A DNA stretch of 64,000 nt from contig CAYLIB010000003.1 in NCBI GenBank assembly GCA_964384035.1, positions 36,393 to 100,392 on the forward strand. Reading direction: 5' to 3'. Source of the DNA: an uncultured Candidatus Saccharibacteria bacterium. Lineage in GTDB: Bacteria; Patescibacteriota; Doudnabacteria; UBA920. The translations under genes were made by a program, and so were the position numbers. The notes under the pieces were generated by a model that was given only the letters and a program-made list of their open reading frames with translations, was not told the origin of the DNA and did not search any database. Shown here in pieces: positions 54,180-62,807 of the stretch (position 1 is the stretch's first letter; each line of letters opens with the position of its first letter).

Positions 54180-55180
54180 TACTTTACCAGTCGTTTTGAA
54201 TTATAAAATTCTTCTATTTCCTGAAACTGAGATTCCCACCAAGCAGTATTATTTTTAAACCAATCTACCATTTCGACTAGAGTTGTTTTAAGGTTTCGTT
54301 TTGGGGTCCAGCCTAGTTCGTTTGTTATTTTACTATGGTCGAGTGCATATTTTAAGTCGTGCCCTGGTCGATCTGGAACTAACTCTATTCTATCTAAAGA
54401 CAAATTCATTACTTCTAGCAGCATCTTTACCACGGCTAAATTAGATAACTCTTCGTTATCTGGTGCTATAAAATAGGTCTCACCTATCTTACCTTTGCTA
54501 ATAATTAGGTCGATAGCTTCGCAGTGATCTAACACATGCAGCCATTCTCTTACTTGGTTACCGGGAGTATATACTGGTACATTTTGACCAGATAACAACC
54601 TGCAGATAGCCCTTGGTATTAACCTTTCTGGAGCCATGTAAGGCCCAATATTATTTGCGCAGTTACTAATAGTGACTGGTAAGTTGAAACTATGATAATA
54701 AGCCCTTACCAGGTGATCGCTTGCGGCTTTGGTTGCTGAGTAAGGACTTCTCGGGTCGTAGGGAGATTTCTCGTTCCATTTTTCTTTAGATTCCAGGGGT
54801 AGGTGTCCCAGAACTTCGTCTGTTGAGACATGATGGAAGCGGGTATTATTTTTTCTCGCAGCTTCAAGTAAATTAAATGTTCCAACGACATTTGAAAAAA
54901 CGAAATCTGAGGGGTTAGAAAGAGATCTATCTACCATTGCCTCTGCAGCAAAATGGACAATTAAATCCTGACCTTCCACGGCTTGTTCAGCATATTCTTT
55001 TACTGCGATATCTTTCTGTAGAAAAGTAACTTTAGAGTCTACACCCGCTAGATTATCTTTTCTTCCGGTACTAGTAAGTTTGTCTATAATTGTAATTTCG
55101 TCTTCTGGATGGGTACTTAACCAGTATCTTACAAAATTACTGCCAATAAAACCGGCTCCGCCGGTAACTAATATCTTCAT
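54179..55180 (-). CDS. rmlB: dTDP-glucose 4,6-dehydratase
   Basis: 333 aa. MKILVTGGAGFIGSNFVRYWL and the YSATKAASD catalytic YxxxK. Confidence 0.88.
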   Translation of the reverse strand: MKILVTGGAGFIGSNFVRYWLSTHPEDEITIIDKLTSTGRKDNLAGVDSKVTFLQKDIAVKEYAEQAVEGQDLIVHFAAEAMVDRSLSNPSDFVFSNVVGTFNLLEAARKNNTRFHHVSTDEVLGHLPLESKEKWNEKSPYDPRSPYSATKAASDHLVRAYYHSFNLPVTISNCANNIGPYMAPERLIPRAICRLLSGQNVPVYTPGNQVREWLHVLDHCEAIDLIISKGKIGETYFIAPDNEELSNLAVVKMLLEVMNLSLDRIELVPDRPGHDLKYALDHSKITNELGWTPKRNLKTTLVEMVDWFKNNTAWWESQFQEIEEFYNSKRLVK

Positions 55181-55269
55181 AATTGAATTTTATCAGGGTT
55201 ATTGCTCAAAGTCCAAAGGAATATTAGTATGGACTAACAGCAATTTCTGTAAACATAGGAGGAAGAATT

Positions 55270-56256
55270 ATGCCGATTAAGAAGTATTATGCTGGTAACC
55301 CTTACTATAGTTTGTTTAACCAAGTCCCTATACTCTGTATGAACTGGGGCAGAGACTACCTGTTTGCCGGTTTTTCTAGAGGTCTTGATTGTATTAACAA
55401 ACGTGGACAAGAAAAAGGATCCGCTTATTGGAAAATTCCTAATCTTACCGGAGAAACCACGAGCATGCTTGTAAACAATAATATTGACCACTTATGGATT
55501 GCTACTCACGGGGATCAGATCCACAAGTTTGGCCTACTAAGCAAGCGAGCTGCTGGTACCTACTTTGCCAAATTCAGAGGAAGCAGAATTGAAAATTTAC
55601 ACGAGGCAAATGATTTTGGGCTAATCGGAGCTTCCGGTGGGTGTTGCTTTCAAATATTTGATAGCAAGGCTAACGTGGTCGAGGTGTATGAACCAAAAGA
55701 TAGCAATAAGCAACCAGAAGATGTATTTAATGGCGGGATTTTAAGTGACACACACTACTTTGTGATTCTTTACGACCGCATAGAGATACGAGCATTCGGA
55801 CAAAAAACAGCGGATGTAACTCTGAATTTACAAATTAGCACCAACAACCGACTTGCACAGGAAAAACTTAGGCTTACTACAGTAAGCAAACCCAAGCACC
55901 CTAAAAAACCATGGCATATTGGGCTTACTACTGTTACAACATTTAAAGATAGTTTTTCGACAAAACTTATGTTGTACAGCATAGAGAATAGAATTCAACA
56001 AGTAGCTTCACGTGTGCTCCCTTTTTCTGTCCAGGCAATTTCTGTTACACCAGACGGCAAAACTATATTTGGGAGTGGCGATGTGCATGGGACTCAACTA
56101 ACTTTTGCTTTGAACCCAAGTGGAATGTATCTTGAGGAGACAGAACAATTCAAAGGAATCCCTGGCGCTACATCGGCACTTTTTTCACCAGATAATAGGC
56201 TCTTTGTTGCTACAAACTTTGGTGAGATATTTGAATTCGACAGAACTACCTACTGA
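55270..56256 (+). CDS. hypothetical protein (possible beta-propeller-like fold)
   Basis: 328-aa ORF. RBS aggagg. No recognisable domain. Slightly elevated GC (~42%). Confidence 0.55.
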   Translation: MPIKKYYAGNPYYSLFNQVPILCMNWGRDYLFAGFSRGLDCINKRGQEKGSAYWKIPNLTGETTSMLVNNNIDHLWIATHGDQIHKFGLLSKRAAGTYFAKFRGSRIENLHEANDFGLIGASGGCCFQIFDSKANVVEVYEPKDSNKQPEDVFNGGILSDTHYFVILYDRIEIRAFGQKTADVTLNLQISTNNRLAQEKLRLTTVSKPKHPKKPWHIGLTTVTTFKDSFSTKLMLYSIENRIQQVASRVLPFSVQAISVTPDGKTIFGSGDVHGTQLTFALNPSGMYLEETEQFKGIPGATSALFSPDNRLFVATNFGEIFEFDRTTY

Positions 56257-56572
56257 AGGTAGGCTTTTTTATTTTTAATGAATCCTGAAATACTGCCTGA
56301 TTTTTTATTGACTCACCGGCTTTAGTTTCTGCTATGTGTGCTGTTCCTGCAACAATTTTTGAAACTCTCCATGGATAGAGGTTTTCTTCAATTGATAGTA
56401 TATTAAAATTTTTGTCCAAAAATATTACATCAATTGGAAAACGCATGAAAAAAGTATGAACTCTTTTACAGTTTGGAATTAAGAAGATTTCTGATTCAGA
56501 AATATTAGCTTTAATTGTTAATCCGAAAAGTCTAGTAAAAAAACTATACGCTATTGTAATTTTGGGTGTCAT
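56246..56572 (-). CDS. DUF192 (COG1430) family protein
   Basis: 108 aa. FMRFPIDVIFLDKNFNIL matches the DUF192 core. Convergent 11-nt overlap with the previous gene. Confidence 0.6.
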   Translation of the reverse strand: MTPKITIAYSFFTRLFGLTIKANISESEIFLIPNCKRVHTFFMRFPIDVIFLDKNFNILSIEENLYPWRVSKIVAGTAHIAETKAGESIKNQAVFQDSLKIKKPTFSR

Positions 56573-56614
56573 AGTATGTTATAATAAACTTAACTTATTT
56601 AATGGCTTTAAGCT

Positions 56615-57034
56615 ATGGCTGACCAAAAACAAAGAAAAATTTTAATTGTGGAAGACGATATGGCTATGAGAGATATCGTTATTCACAAACTTCTAGCACA
56701 CGGTTTTGAAGTTAAAGAAGCAGAAGACGGAAGAAGAGGGATAGATTTAGCTATTCAAGAAAAACCAGATTTAATTTTGCTGGACCTTATGCTTCCAGAA
56801 GTAGATGGTTTTAAAGTTTTGGAGACTGTTCGTGGGTCTGATGATAAGTCTGTTAGCAATACTCCGGTAATTATATTGTCGAACCTTTGGAGCAATAAAG
56901 ATATACTTAGGACGAAGGACTTAAAAGTGCAGGCGTATATGGTTAAAGCGTATTTTACCACTGAAGAGATACTTAGCAAGATAAATGAGATACTGGCTGA
57001 AGGGAAGAAGCAGACAGAAGAAAAACCTGCATAG
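56615..57034 (+). CDS. stand-alone response-regulator receiver domain protein (CheY-like)
   Basis: 139 aa. KILIVEDDMAMRDIV ... PDLILLDLMLPEVDG ... conserved Asp/Thr/Lys pattern. No output domain. Confidence 0.8.
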   Translation: MADQKQRKILIVEDDMAMRDIVIHKLLAHGFEVKEAEDGRRGIDLAIQEKPDLILLDLMLPEVDGFKVLETVRGSDDKSVSNTPVIILSNLWSNKDILRTKDLKVQAYMVKAYFTTEEILSKINEILAEGKKQTEEKPA

Positions 57035-57105
57035 CGTTATAGATTTCCAAAAAACACCATTTTCTATGGTGTTTTTTTAATTGAACGCTAATCTATTTAC
57101 CTATC

Positions 57106-57134
57106 TTGACTATTCTAACATAATATGTTATAAA
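57106..57134 (+). promoter_or_regulatory. sigma70-like promoter TTGACT-17-TATAAA
   Basis: A terminator hairpin (aaaaaacaccattttctatggtgttttttt, 57046-57080) precedes it. A ~90-nt structured leader runs to the ATG at 57224. Confidence 0.55.
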
Positions 57135-57223
57135 AATAGGCTCAATAAGTATTTTTTTGGGTTAGAGCTAACCCGACTTGTTGTGCCTGTTAACACAGAA
57201 AACCGACATTCTGGAGGAATGAC

Positions 57224-58189
57224 ATGAAATCTCGTTTTCAGATCGTTTTTTCGGTCGCCTTTTTGGCGATCTTTGCATTCAATTCCCTGGCACTGGCCCA
57301 GCGCAAGGCACCAGCGCCTTCAGCGGCTCCGCCCAAACCGGTCGAAGCACGCAAGCCGACGGTTATCAACTTGCCACCTCCGCCACCACAGAAACCCGCA
57401 CCGACGCCGGCGCCAGTGGTTCAAGAACGCAAGCCGACGGTTATCAACTTGCCACAGGCTACGCCGGCGCCAGTTGTGAAAGCGACTGCGACCCCTCCGC
57501 CTGTGCAATATGGTAACCAGGCAGTGAAAGCGACCCCAACTCCCGCGGCTCCCGTGGCCACACCAAGTGTGCAGTACGGAAACCAAGCGGCGAAACCTTC
57601 GCCAACTATGCAAGCCACTCAGCAAAATGCGACTGGCGTGCAGTACGGTAACAAGCAAGCGACGGTAATTCCTTTGGCGAAGCTGAGTCCGACTGAACTG
57701 GCGAAGCGTGAAGCGCAGGCCAAACAGTCTGGCAAGTACTTTGCAGACCGGAACTCGGCCATCGCGGCGATAAAGGCAAAAGAACCGATTCAGACGACTT
57801 TTGCCACGGAACCCGCCGAGCGACCTTACTGGGCGCCGGAGCAAGATGACCGTGGACGGCAGGTAGTGTTCAGCAACGGACGATATCGTTCTTACGATGG
57901 AAGTCGTTATTACGATTATGATCCGTATGCTGATAGCTATGGCCAATCACGAATCTTCAACCACGGTGGTTACTATGCTCCGGGGGTCGTGTACTATAAT
58001 GACCCGACACCTGGTTACAACTATGCGAATCAACCCGCTGTGGCTTATCCGCAACAGCCGACACAACCGGGGCAGCGGATGGGATTCTTTGGCGCATTCG
58101 CAACGGTCGCAGTGTTCGCAATGATCCTGGCAGCCGCCTGCTTCATTGCTTACTTGTATTTCCGAAGCAAACGTCGTACCAATCCATAA
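57224..58189 (+). CDS. type-I membrane protein with Pro-rich tandem repeats and a Tyr/Gly-rich region (GC-rich island gene)
   Basis: 321 aa, ~58% GC. Signal peptide, then RKPTVINLP and VQYGN(Q/K) repeat units, then YYDYDPYADSYGQ, then a C-terminal TM (FFGAFATVAVFAMILAAACFIAYLYF) with an RSKRR tail. Confidence 0.6.
   Translation: MKSRFQIVFSVAFLAIFAFNSLALAQRKAPAPSAAPPKPVEARKPTVINLPPPPPQKPAPTPAPVVQERKPTVINLPQATPAPVVKATATPPPVQYGNQAVKATPTPAAPVATPSVQYGNQAAKPSPTMQATQQNATGVQYGNKQATVIPLAKLSPTELAKREAQAKQSGKYFADRNSAIAAIKAKEPIQTTFATEPAERPYWAPEQDDRGRQVVFSNGRYRSYDGSRYYDYDPYADSYGQSRIFNHGGYYAPGVVYYNDPTPGYNYANQPAVAYPQQPTQPGQRMGFFGAFATVAVFAMILAAACFIAYLYFRSKRRTNP
57346..57455 (+). repeat. in-frame tandem repeat (~78-bp period) inside the 57224 gene
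   Basis: cgcaagccgacggttatcaacttgccac occurs at ~57350 and ~57428. Confidence 0.6.
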
Positions 58190-58202
58190 CAAGGAGAAAA
58201 CC

Positions 58203-58958
58203 GTGGACGAAAAGCTGACAGTGCAGTTTTGGAAGAGCCTCAAGGCAGGTGAATTGCTCGTCATTTCTGACGAGCGGTCCATTTACCGCGAGTCGGACTT
58301 TGACAAGGCAGAGAAGGCAGCGGGCAGACTGGTTACGGACCGGATTGACGGGAAGATTCCCTTCAAGGTGAAGCAAGTGTTTCATTTGAATGGAAGCGAG
58401 ATCGGAGTTGATTTCGCACTTTTCGTTGAGCTGGAACCGACATCGGAAAGCCAAGCCAAAGCCCTCACTCGCACGTTTCTGTACGTGGAGGGTGTTGGCG
58501 AAAACTTCGATGTAACCTGCTACACGCAGGTGGACACGAACGCCGTACCTTCTGGGTCGCGGAGATTCCTGGCTGAAAACGGACACCCATGGATATTCGA
58601 AGGGTTAGAAGCAAACCCCGGTCAAGACCTTTTGAGCTACCCCTTTGTGAAGAGTGTCCCGATGTCGGCGAACGGTATGCCGATTCCGATGCTCAAAACC
58701 ACGGAAGCGGATAGCAACGCGACTTGCGTTTCCGCCGACCCACCCGTCGAAGGAACTTTTCTGTTCACCTTCGCCATTTACAAGGTTGATCCTGCTGTGA
58801 TGGCGGTGGCGAGAACCGATAGCCCAGAAGGGGCTTTGCTCAACTACAGAGCGTTCTTCGAGTTTGGTGACGCGAACAACGCCGAAGGAGGACTCGTACT
58901 CTTCCTTGAAGGCTCGAACGTGGACGTGAACAGCGTGGCCATGGGCGACGTGTTCTAG
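58203..58958 (+). CDS. hypothetical protein (GC-rich island gene, likely co-transcribed with 57224)
   Basis: The ORF track starts at 58146, inside the upstream gene. A GTG at 58203 preceded by aaggagaaaacc is the more plausible start. ~55% GC. No recognisable domain. Confidence 0.5.
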   Translation: MDEKLTVQFWKSLKAGELLVISDERSIYRESDFDKAEKAAGRLVTDRIDGKIPFKVKQVFHLNGSEIGVDFALFVELEPTSESQAKALTRTFLYVEGVGENFDVTCYTQVDTNAVPSGSRRFLAENGHPWIFEGLEANPGQDLLSYPFVKSVPMSANGMPIPMLKTTEADSNATCVSADPPVEGTFLFTFAIYKVDPAVMAVARTDSPEGALLNYRAFFEFGDANNAEGGLVLFLEGSNVDVNSVAMGDVF

Positions 58959-58961
58959 CTT

Positions 58962-58996
58962 AAAAGCACATAGTATGACTATGTGCTCTTTTTTTA
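58962..58996. terminator. bidirectional terminator (agcacatag-tatga-ctatgtgct + T-run)
   Basis: 9-bp stem. Overlaps the mreB stop on the other strand. Confidence 0.7.
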
Positions 58997-60001
58997 TCTT
59001 GCGCTGAGTATGCTTCGTTTGTAGCTTTCTAGATTGTCGAGCGCCACTCCGGTGCCTTTGGCTACACAGAGTAGGCTATCTTCTGCGACATAACAAGGGA
59101 CACCTATACTCATACCTATATACTGGTCTAGATTTCTTAGCTGTGCGGTTCCACCGGTCATTACCATACCTTTGTCTATTACGTCGCTTGCTAGTTCGGG
59201 TGGGGTTTCTTGGAGGACTATTTTAACGGCTTTTACTATTTCAGCGAGTTGTTCAGAGATAGCGTCTACTACTTGGTTTGTACTCAGGCTTATAGTTTTT
59301 GGCAGACCTGAAAAGATATCTCTTCCTTTTATTTCCATAACTTCTTCTTCGCGCATATGAACTGCACTACCTATAGTTATTTTAATTTCTTCTGCTGTTC
59401 TATCCCCTATTGCTAAACTATGCTTTTGCTTAACGTAAGAGATAATGCTCGCATCTAGCTTATTGCCCGCGACTCGGACTGAGGTAGAGTTCACTATACC
59501 ACCAAGAGAGAGAACGGCTACATCTGTAGTTCCCCCACCAATATCGATGACCAAATTTCCTGAAGCGGACGCAATTGGAATACCGGCACCAATAGCTGCT
59601 GCAACTGTTTCTTTTATTACGTATGCATTTTTAGCACCGGCGGCTAGTGCAGCGTCTGTAACTGCCCTTCTTTCTGTAGAGGTGATACCGCCTGGGACGC
59701 TTATCATGACTTCGGGTCTAAAAAACCTAACACTACCCAGTGCTTTGTTTATGAAATACCGGAGCATAGCTTCGGTTACACGGTAGTCAGCGATTACTCC
59801 GTCTCGCATTGGCCTGGCTGCAATTATTGTTTCTGGAGTACGGCCTAACATTTCTTTTGCTTCCTGACCCACCGCTAAAACCTTATTGTCGTCCATAGAA
59901 ATGGCGACAACAGTTGGTTCGTTTATTATGATTCCTTTTTTTGGAACATAAACTAAGGTATTAGCTGTACCCAAGTCTATACCGATTTTCGTTTGGAACA
60001 T
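58994..60001 (-). CDS. mreB: rod shape-determining protein MreB
   Basis: 335 aa. IGIDLGTANTLVYV and actin-fold motifs. Confidence 0.93.
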   Translation of the reverse strand: MFQTKIGIDLGTANTLVYVPKKGIIINEPTVVAISMDDNKVLAVGQEAKEMLGRTPETIIAARPMRDGVIADYRVTEAMLRYFINKALGSVRFFRPEVMISVPGGITSTERRAVTDAALAAGAKNAYVIKETVAAAIGAGIPIASASGNLVIDIGGGTTDVAVLSLGGIVNSTSVRVAGNKLDASIISYVKQKHSLAIGDRTAEEIKITIGSAVHMREEEVMEIKGRDIFSGLPKTISLSTNQVVDAISEQLAEIVKAVKIVLQETPPELASDVIDKGMVMTGGTAQLRNLDQYIGMSIGVPCYVAEDSLLCVAKGTGVALDNLESYKRSILSAR

Positions 60002-60004
60002 ATT

Positions 60005-60090
60005 TTTTGAATGACGAATGACGAATGAAGAATGTAGAATGATCTCAGGTTTATAAATCGTTATTCGTTATTCTCTATCCGCTATTCTTG
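60005..60090. repeat. second copy of the intergenic inverted-heptamer element: (GAATGAC)2-3 ... (TTATTCG)2-3
   Basis: tgaatgacgaatgacgaatgaagaatg ... cgttattcgttattctctat, between the murA stop and the mreB start. Same orientation and same operon-internal placement as the copy at 18574-18652. Confidence 0.55.
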
Positions 60091-61347
60091 TTAAATTCTT
60101 TCTATCTTAGCACCCAAACTTCTCAGTCTATCGTCAATTTTTTCGTAGCCTCTATCTATTTGGTAGATGTTATCTATTTCTGTCTCCCCTTTAGCTATTA
60201 GACCAGCAATTACAAGTGCAATTCCAGCTCTAATGTCTGGACTTGCGATTTTTTTACCTATTAGCGAGGTGGGACCTTCTACTAATACTCGGTGTGGGTC
60301 GCACATTAGAATATTTGCTCCCATGGAGTTTAAGGCATCTATGTAGAATAATCTCCCCTCGTAAATTGTTTCGAAGACGAGAGAACTACCTTTTGCTTGA
60401 GTCATTAAAACAGTTAAAGGTGGCTGTAGGTCAGTAGGAAGGCCTGGGTACTCATGAGTAACGATATCTTTGGTAATAGCTTTGAGGTCTGGACTATCTA
60501 ACACTTCAACAAAATTTTCTCCGATATTTAAATTGGCATTGGCCATTTGTAATAGTTCCCAGAAAACTTCTAAATGCGATGGATCGAAACCTGATACTTT
60601 TATTTTTGACTTAGTTGCCAAACCTAGTAATACAAATGTACCTGCTTCTATTCTATCTGGAAGCACCTGCCCTATTCCCCCACTTAATTTTTCTACACCC
60701 TCGATAGTTATAGTTGATGTTCCTGCTCCTGTTATTTTTGCTCCACAGGCATTTAGGAACTCTGCTAGTGCGGGAATTTCTGGTTCCTGGGCGGAATTGT
60801 AAAGCACAGATGTGCCCGGGATCCTGGATGCTAGCATCATCATGGTTTCTGTACCTGTAACCGTTACCCTAGGGAATACTAATTTTGCTGGTACTAATTT
60901 TTTTACTTTTAGGGAGTAGCCATCCTCTCTGTCTGTGACTTCTATACCAAACTTCTTAAAGCCATTTAGAAAGAAGTCGACCGGGCGCTTTCCTAGTACA
61001 CAACCTCCAGGGTATGGAAAATCAACTTCGCCTTTTTGGAGCAAAATAGGAACTGAGAGCAATATTGATGTCCTAACCTTTTGGTGTAGTTGGGGGTGAA
61101 GCTGTGTTTTTTTTATCTGAGTATTTGTAAAAGTATAAGTACTTCCTTCTGTTATAACCCCTACACCAAGATCTCTAATAATTTCAATTTTTCTGTGGAC
61201 ATCTTCGATATCTGGTACATTGGTTATTGTAGTCGGTCCTTCGGTTAGCAGTGCAGCTGGGAGTAATTTTAAAGCAGAGTTCTTTGCTCCTTTTACTTGA
61301 ATTTCACCACTAAGACGTGATTCACCGATAATTTTAAATTTTGGCAT
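60091..61347 (-). CDS. murA: UDP-N-acetylglucosamine 1-carboxyvinyltransferase
   Basis: 418-aa EPSP-synthase fold. MPKFKIIGESRLSGEIQVKGAKNSALKLLPAALL. Confidence 0.92.
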   Translation of the reverse strand: MPKFKIIGESRLSGEIQVKGAKNSALKLLPAALLTEGPTTITNVPDIEDVHRKIEIIRDLGVGVITEGSTYTFTNTQIKKTQLHPQLHQKVRTSILLSVPILLQKGEVDFPYPGGCVLGKRPVDFFLNGFKKFGIEVTDREDGYSLKVKKLVPAKLVFPRVTVTGTETMMMLASRIPGTSVLYNSAQEPEIPALAEFLNACGAKITGAGTSTITIEGVEKLSGGIGQVLPDRIEAGTFVLLGLATKSKIKVSGFDPSHLEVFWELLQMANANLNIGENFVEVLDSPDLKAITKDIVTHEYPGLPTDLQPPLTVLMTQAKGSSLVFETIYEGRLFYIDALNSMGANILMCDPHRVLVEGPTSLIGKKIASPDIRAGIALVIAGLIAKGETEIDNIYQIDRGYEKIDDRLRSLGAKIERI

Positions 61348-61445
61348 AAATATAATAAGTAATAAACCTAATGTATATATTATAACAATTTTAAGTAATC
61401 AAGAATATGGCTCGGCAACTAGTGAGAAATAGGTTAAAATAAGGC

Positions 61446-62726
61446 ATGGATTCAAAATTACGTTACATTTTAATCGCGATAGGTTTTGCGGTTTTTATCA
61501 TTCTTTCACCCCTAGCAGTCTTGTACGTAAGGGGCTTAAAACCAGACATTAACCAAGGAAAAACTAAAGAGACAGGAATCTTTACCTCCAAAACAGACCC
61601 AAGTGGAGCTGTGGTGTTTTTAAATTCGGATGAGAAAGGCAAAACCCCTCTTGATGTTAGATTTTTGGCATCGGGTGATATTCATGTAGATATTAAAAAA
61701 CAAGGTTACAGAACCTGGAGCAAACGTCTTGCAATTATCCCCGGTAGAGTAACTTGGGCGCAAAGCGGTGTAGATACATTGTTTCTGTTTAAGGAAGACA
61801 GTGGTTTTACCAAGATAGATGATGGAGTCGATGACTTTATTCAAACGACCGATTCTTATATATACACACAGACTGATAAATTAGTTGTAACTGACACAGG
61901 AGATATAAAAGATAAAAAATATTTTAATATCACTAAAGGTACACCATATTTAATAAAAGGATCGCCTAATAATAAAACGTTTTTAATTTATAATACCGAG
62001 AATGCTTACCTCTTTAGACCTAGCAATTCAAAACTGGAAGAGATTTCGAAAATTACCAAGAAGAGTAGCTTGCTAAAGTTTACAGACTCAGGATCTCTTT
62101 ATACTATTGAAGGTAACAAACTTGTTTTTAGAGAAAACTCATTTAGTTCCCCTGTAACACTGGCAACTAACTTAAGCACCTTTGAACTACTAGATGATGA
62201 TATCTATGGGATATCAGCGACTGATAATAAACTATATTTTTTTGGAAAAGCGGGTAACTTAACGAAACAGGAATTGGCTGAACTTCCTGAATTAGAGAAT
62301 CCAAACTTAATAATCACCCCTTCAAAAGCAATCTATATATTAGAAAATAAAAACTTTTACCATTTAGGTAATTCACTAGAGAAGATATCTAGTAATGTCG
62401 AACGAATAGTTCACCCATACGGGTCTGAGTTGATTACAATAATAATACCTGGGGAATTGGACACTTATCGGAGCGGTCAAAAACAACCGCAAACGATAAA
62501 TCGTAGCACAGACGGTTACGATGATGCGGTAGTAAGAGAAGATATAGGATATGCTTTTATTGTTTCAAACAAAACTTTGAAAGCTATAGAACTTGACCAG
62601 AGAGATAGTCCAAATATTTATGATTTTAAAGATCTAAATGAACCGATAAAAATCCATATTGATCAAGATACTGAGAACTTGACAGTACTCGATAACAAGG
62701 AATTAAAAGTGACGGTAATTCACTAA
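61446..62726 (+). CDS. PEGA-domain membrane protein
   Basis: 426 aa. N-terminal TM, then a PEGA-like beta domain (VVFLNSDEKGKTPLDVRFLASGDIHVDIKKQGYRTWSKRLAI), then a long extracytoplasmic region. Confidence 0.6.
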   Translation: MDSKLRYILIAIGFAVFIILSPLAVLYVRGLKPDINQGKTKETGIFTSKTDPSGAVVFLNSDEKGKTPLDVRFLASGDIHVDIKKQGYRTWSKRLAIIPGRVTWAQSGVDTLFLFKEDSGFTKIDDGVDDFIQTTDSYIYTQTDKLVVTDTGDIKDKKYFNITKGTPYLIKGSPNNKTFLIYNTENAYLFRPSNSKLEEISKITKKSSLLKFTDSGSLYTIEGNKLVFRENSFSSPVTLATNLSTFELLDDDIYGISATDNKLYFFGKAGNLTKQELAELPELENPNLIITPSKAIYILENKNFYHLGNSLEKISSNVERIVHPYGSELITIIIPGELDTYRSGQKQPQTINRSTDGYDDAVVREDIGYAFIVSNKTLKAIELDQRDSPNIYDFKDLNEPIKIHIDQDTENLTVLDNKELKVTVIH

Positions 62727-62783
62727 AAAATTTGTTTTGCCAATTCTAATAAATAATTCTTTCATTCTCTGAAAATAAAAAAG

Positions 62784-62807
62784 AACGCAGGGTTTAGATA
62801 CTGCGTT
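62784..62807. terminator. bidirectional terminator (aacgcag/ctgcgtt) with the stop codon in the loop
   Basis: A-run on the + side and a T-run in the minus sense. The stop of the 62794 gene lies inside the loop. Confidence 0.55.

Noticed and set aside
57273-58586. Antisense and alternative-frame ORFs (57273..57479, 57320..57946, 57421..57618, 57897..58124, 57947..58282, 58143..58586) around the Pro-rich repeat gene
   Set aside because: Arg/Trp/His-rich translations of alternate frames of a GC-rich repeat region. No expression signals.
14900-58996. Integron gene-cassette array (attC-bounded cassettes) as an explanation for the GC-rich units
   Set aside because: The units are dispersed, sit on both strands, carry their own promoters and are not in a tandem array next to an intI gene. 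The hairpins are simple terminator-like stems rather than the 57-140 bp attC architecture.
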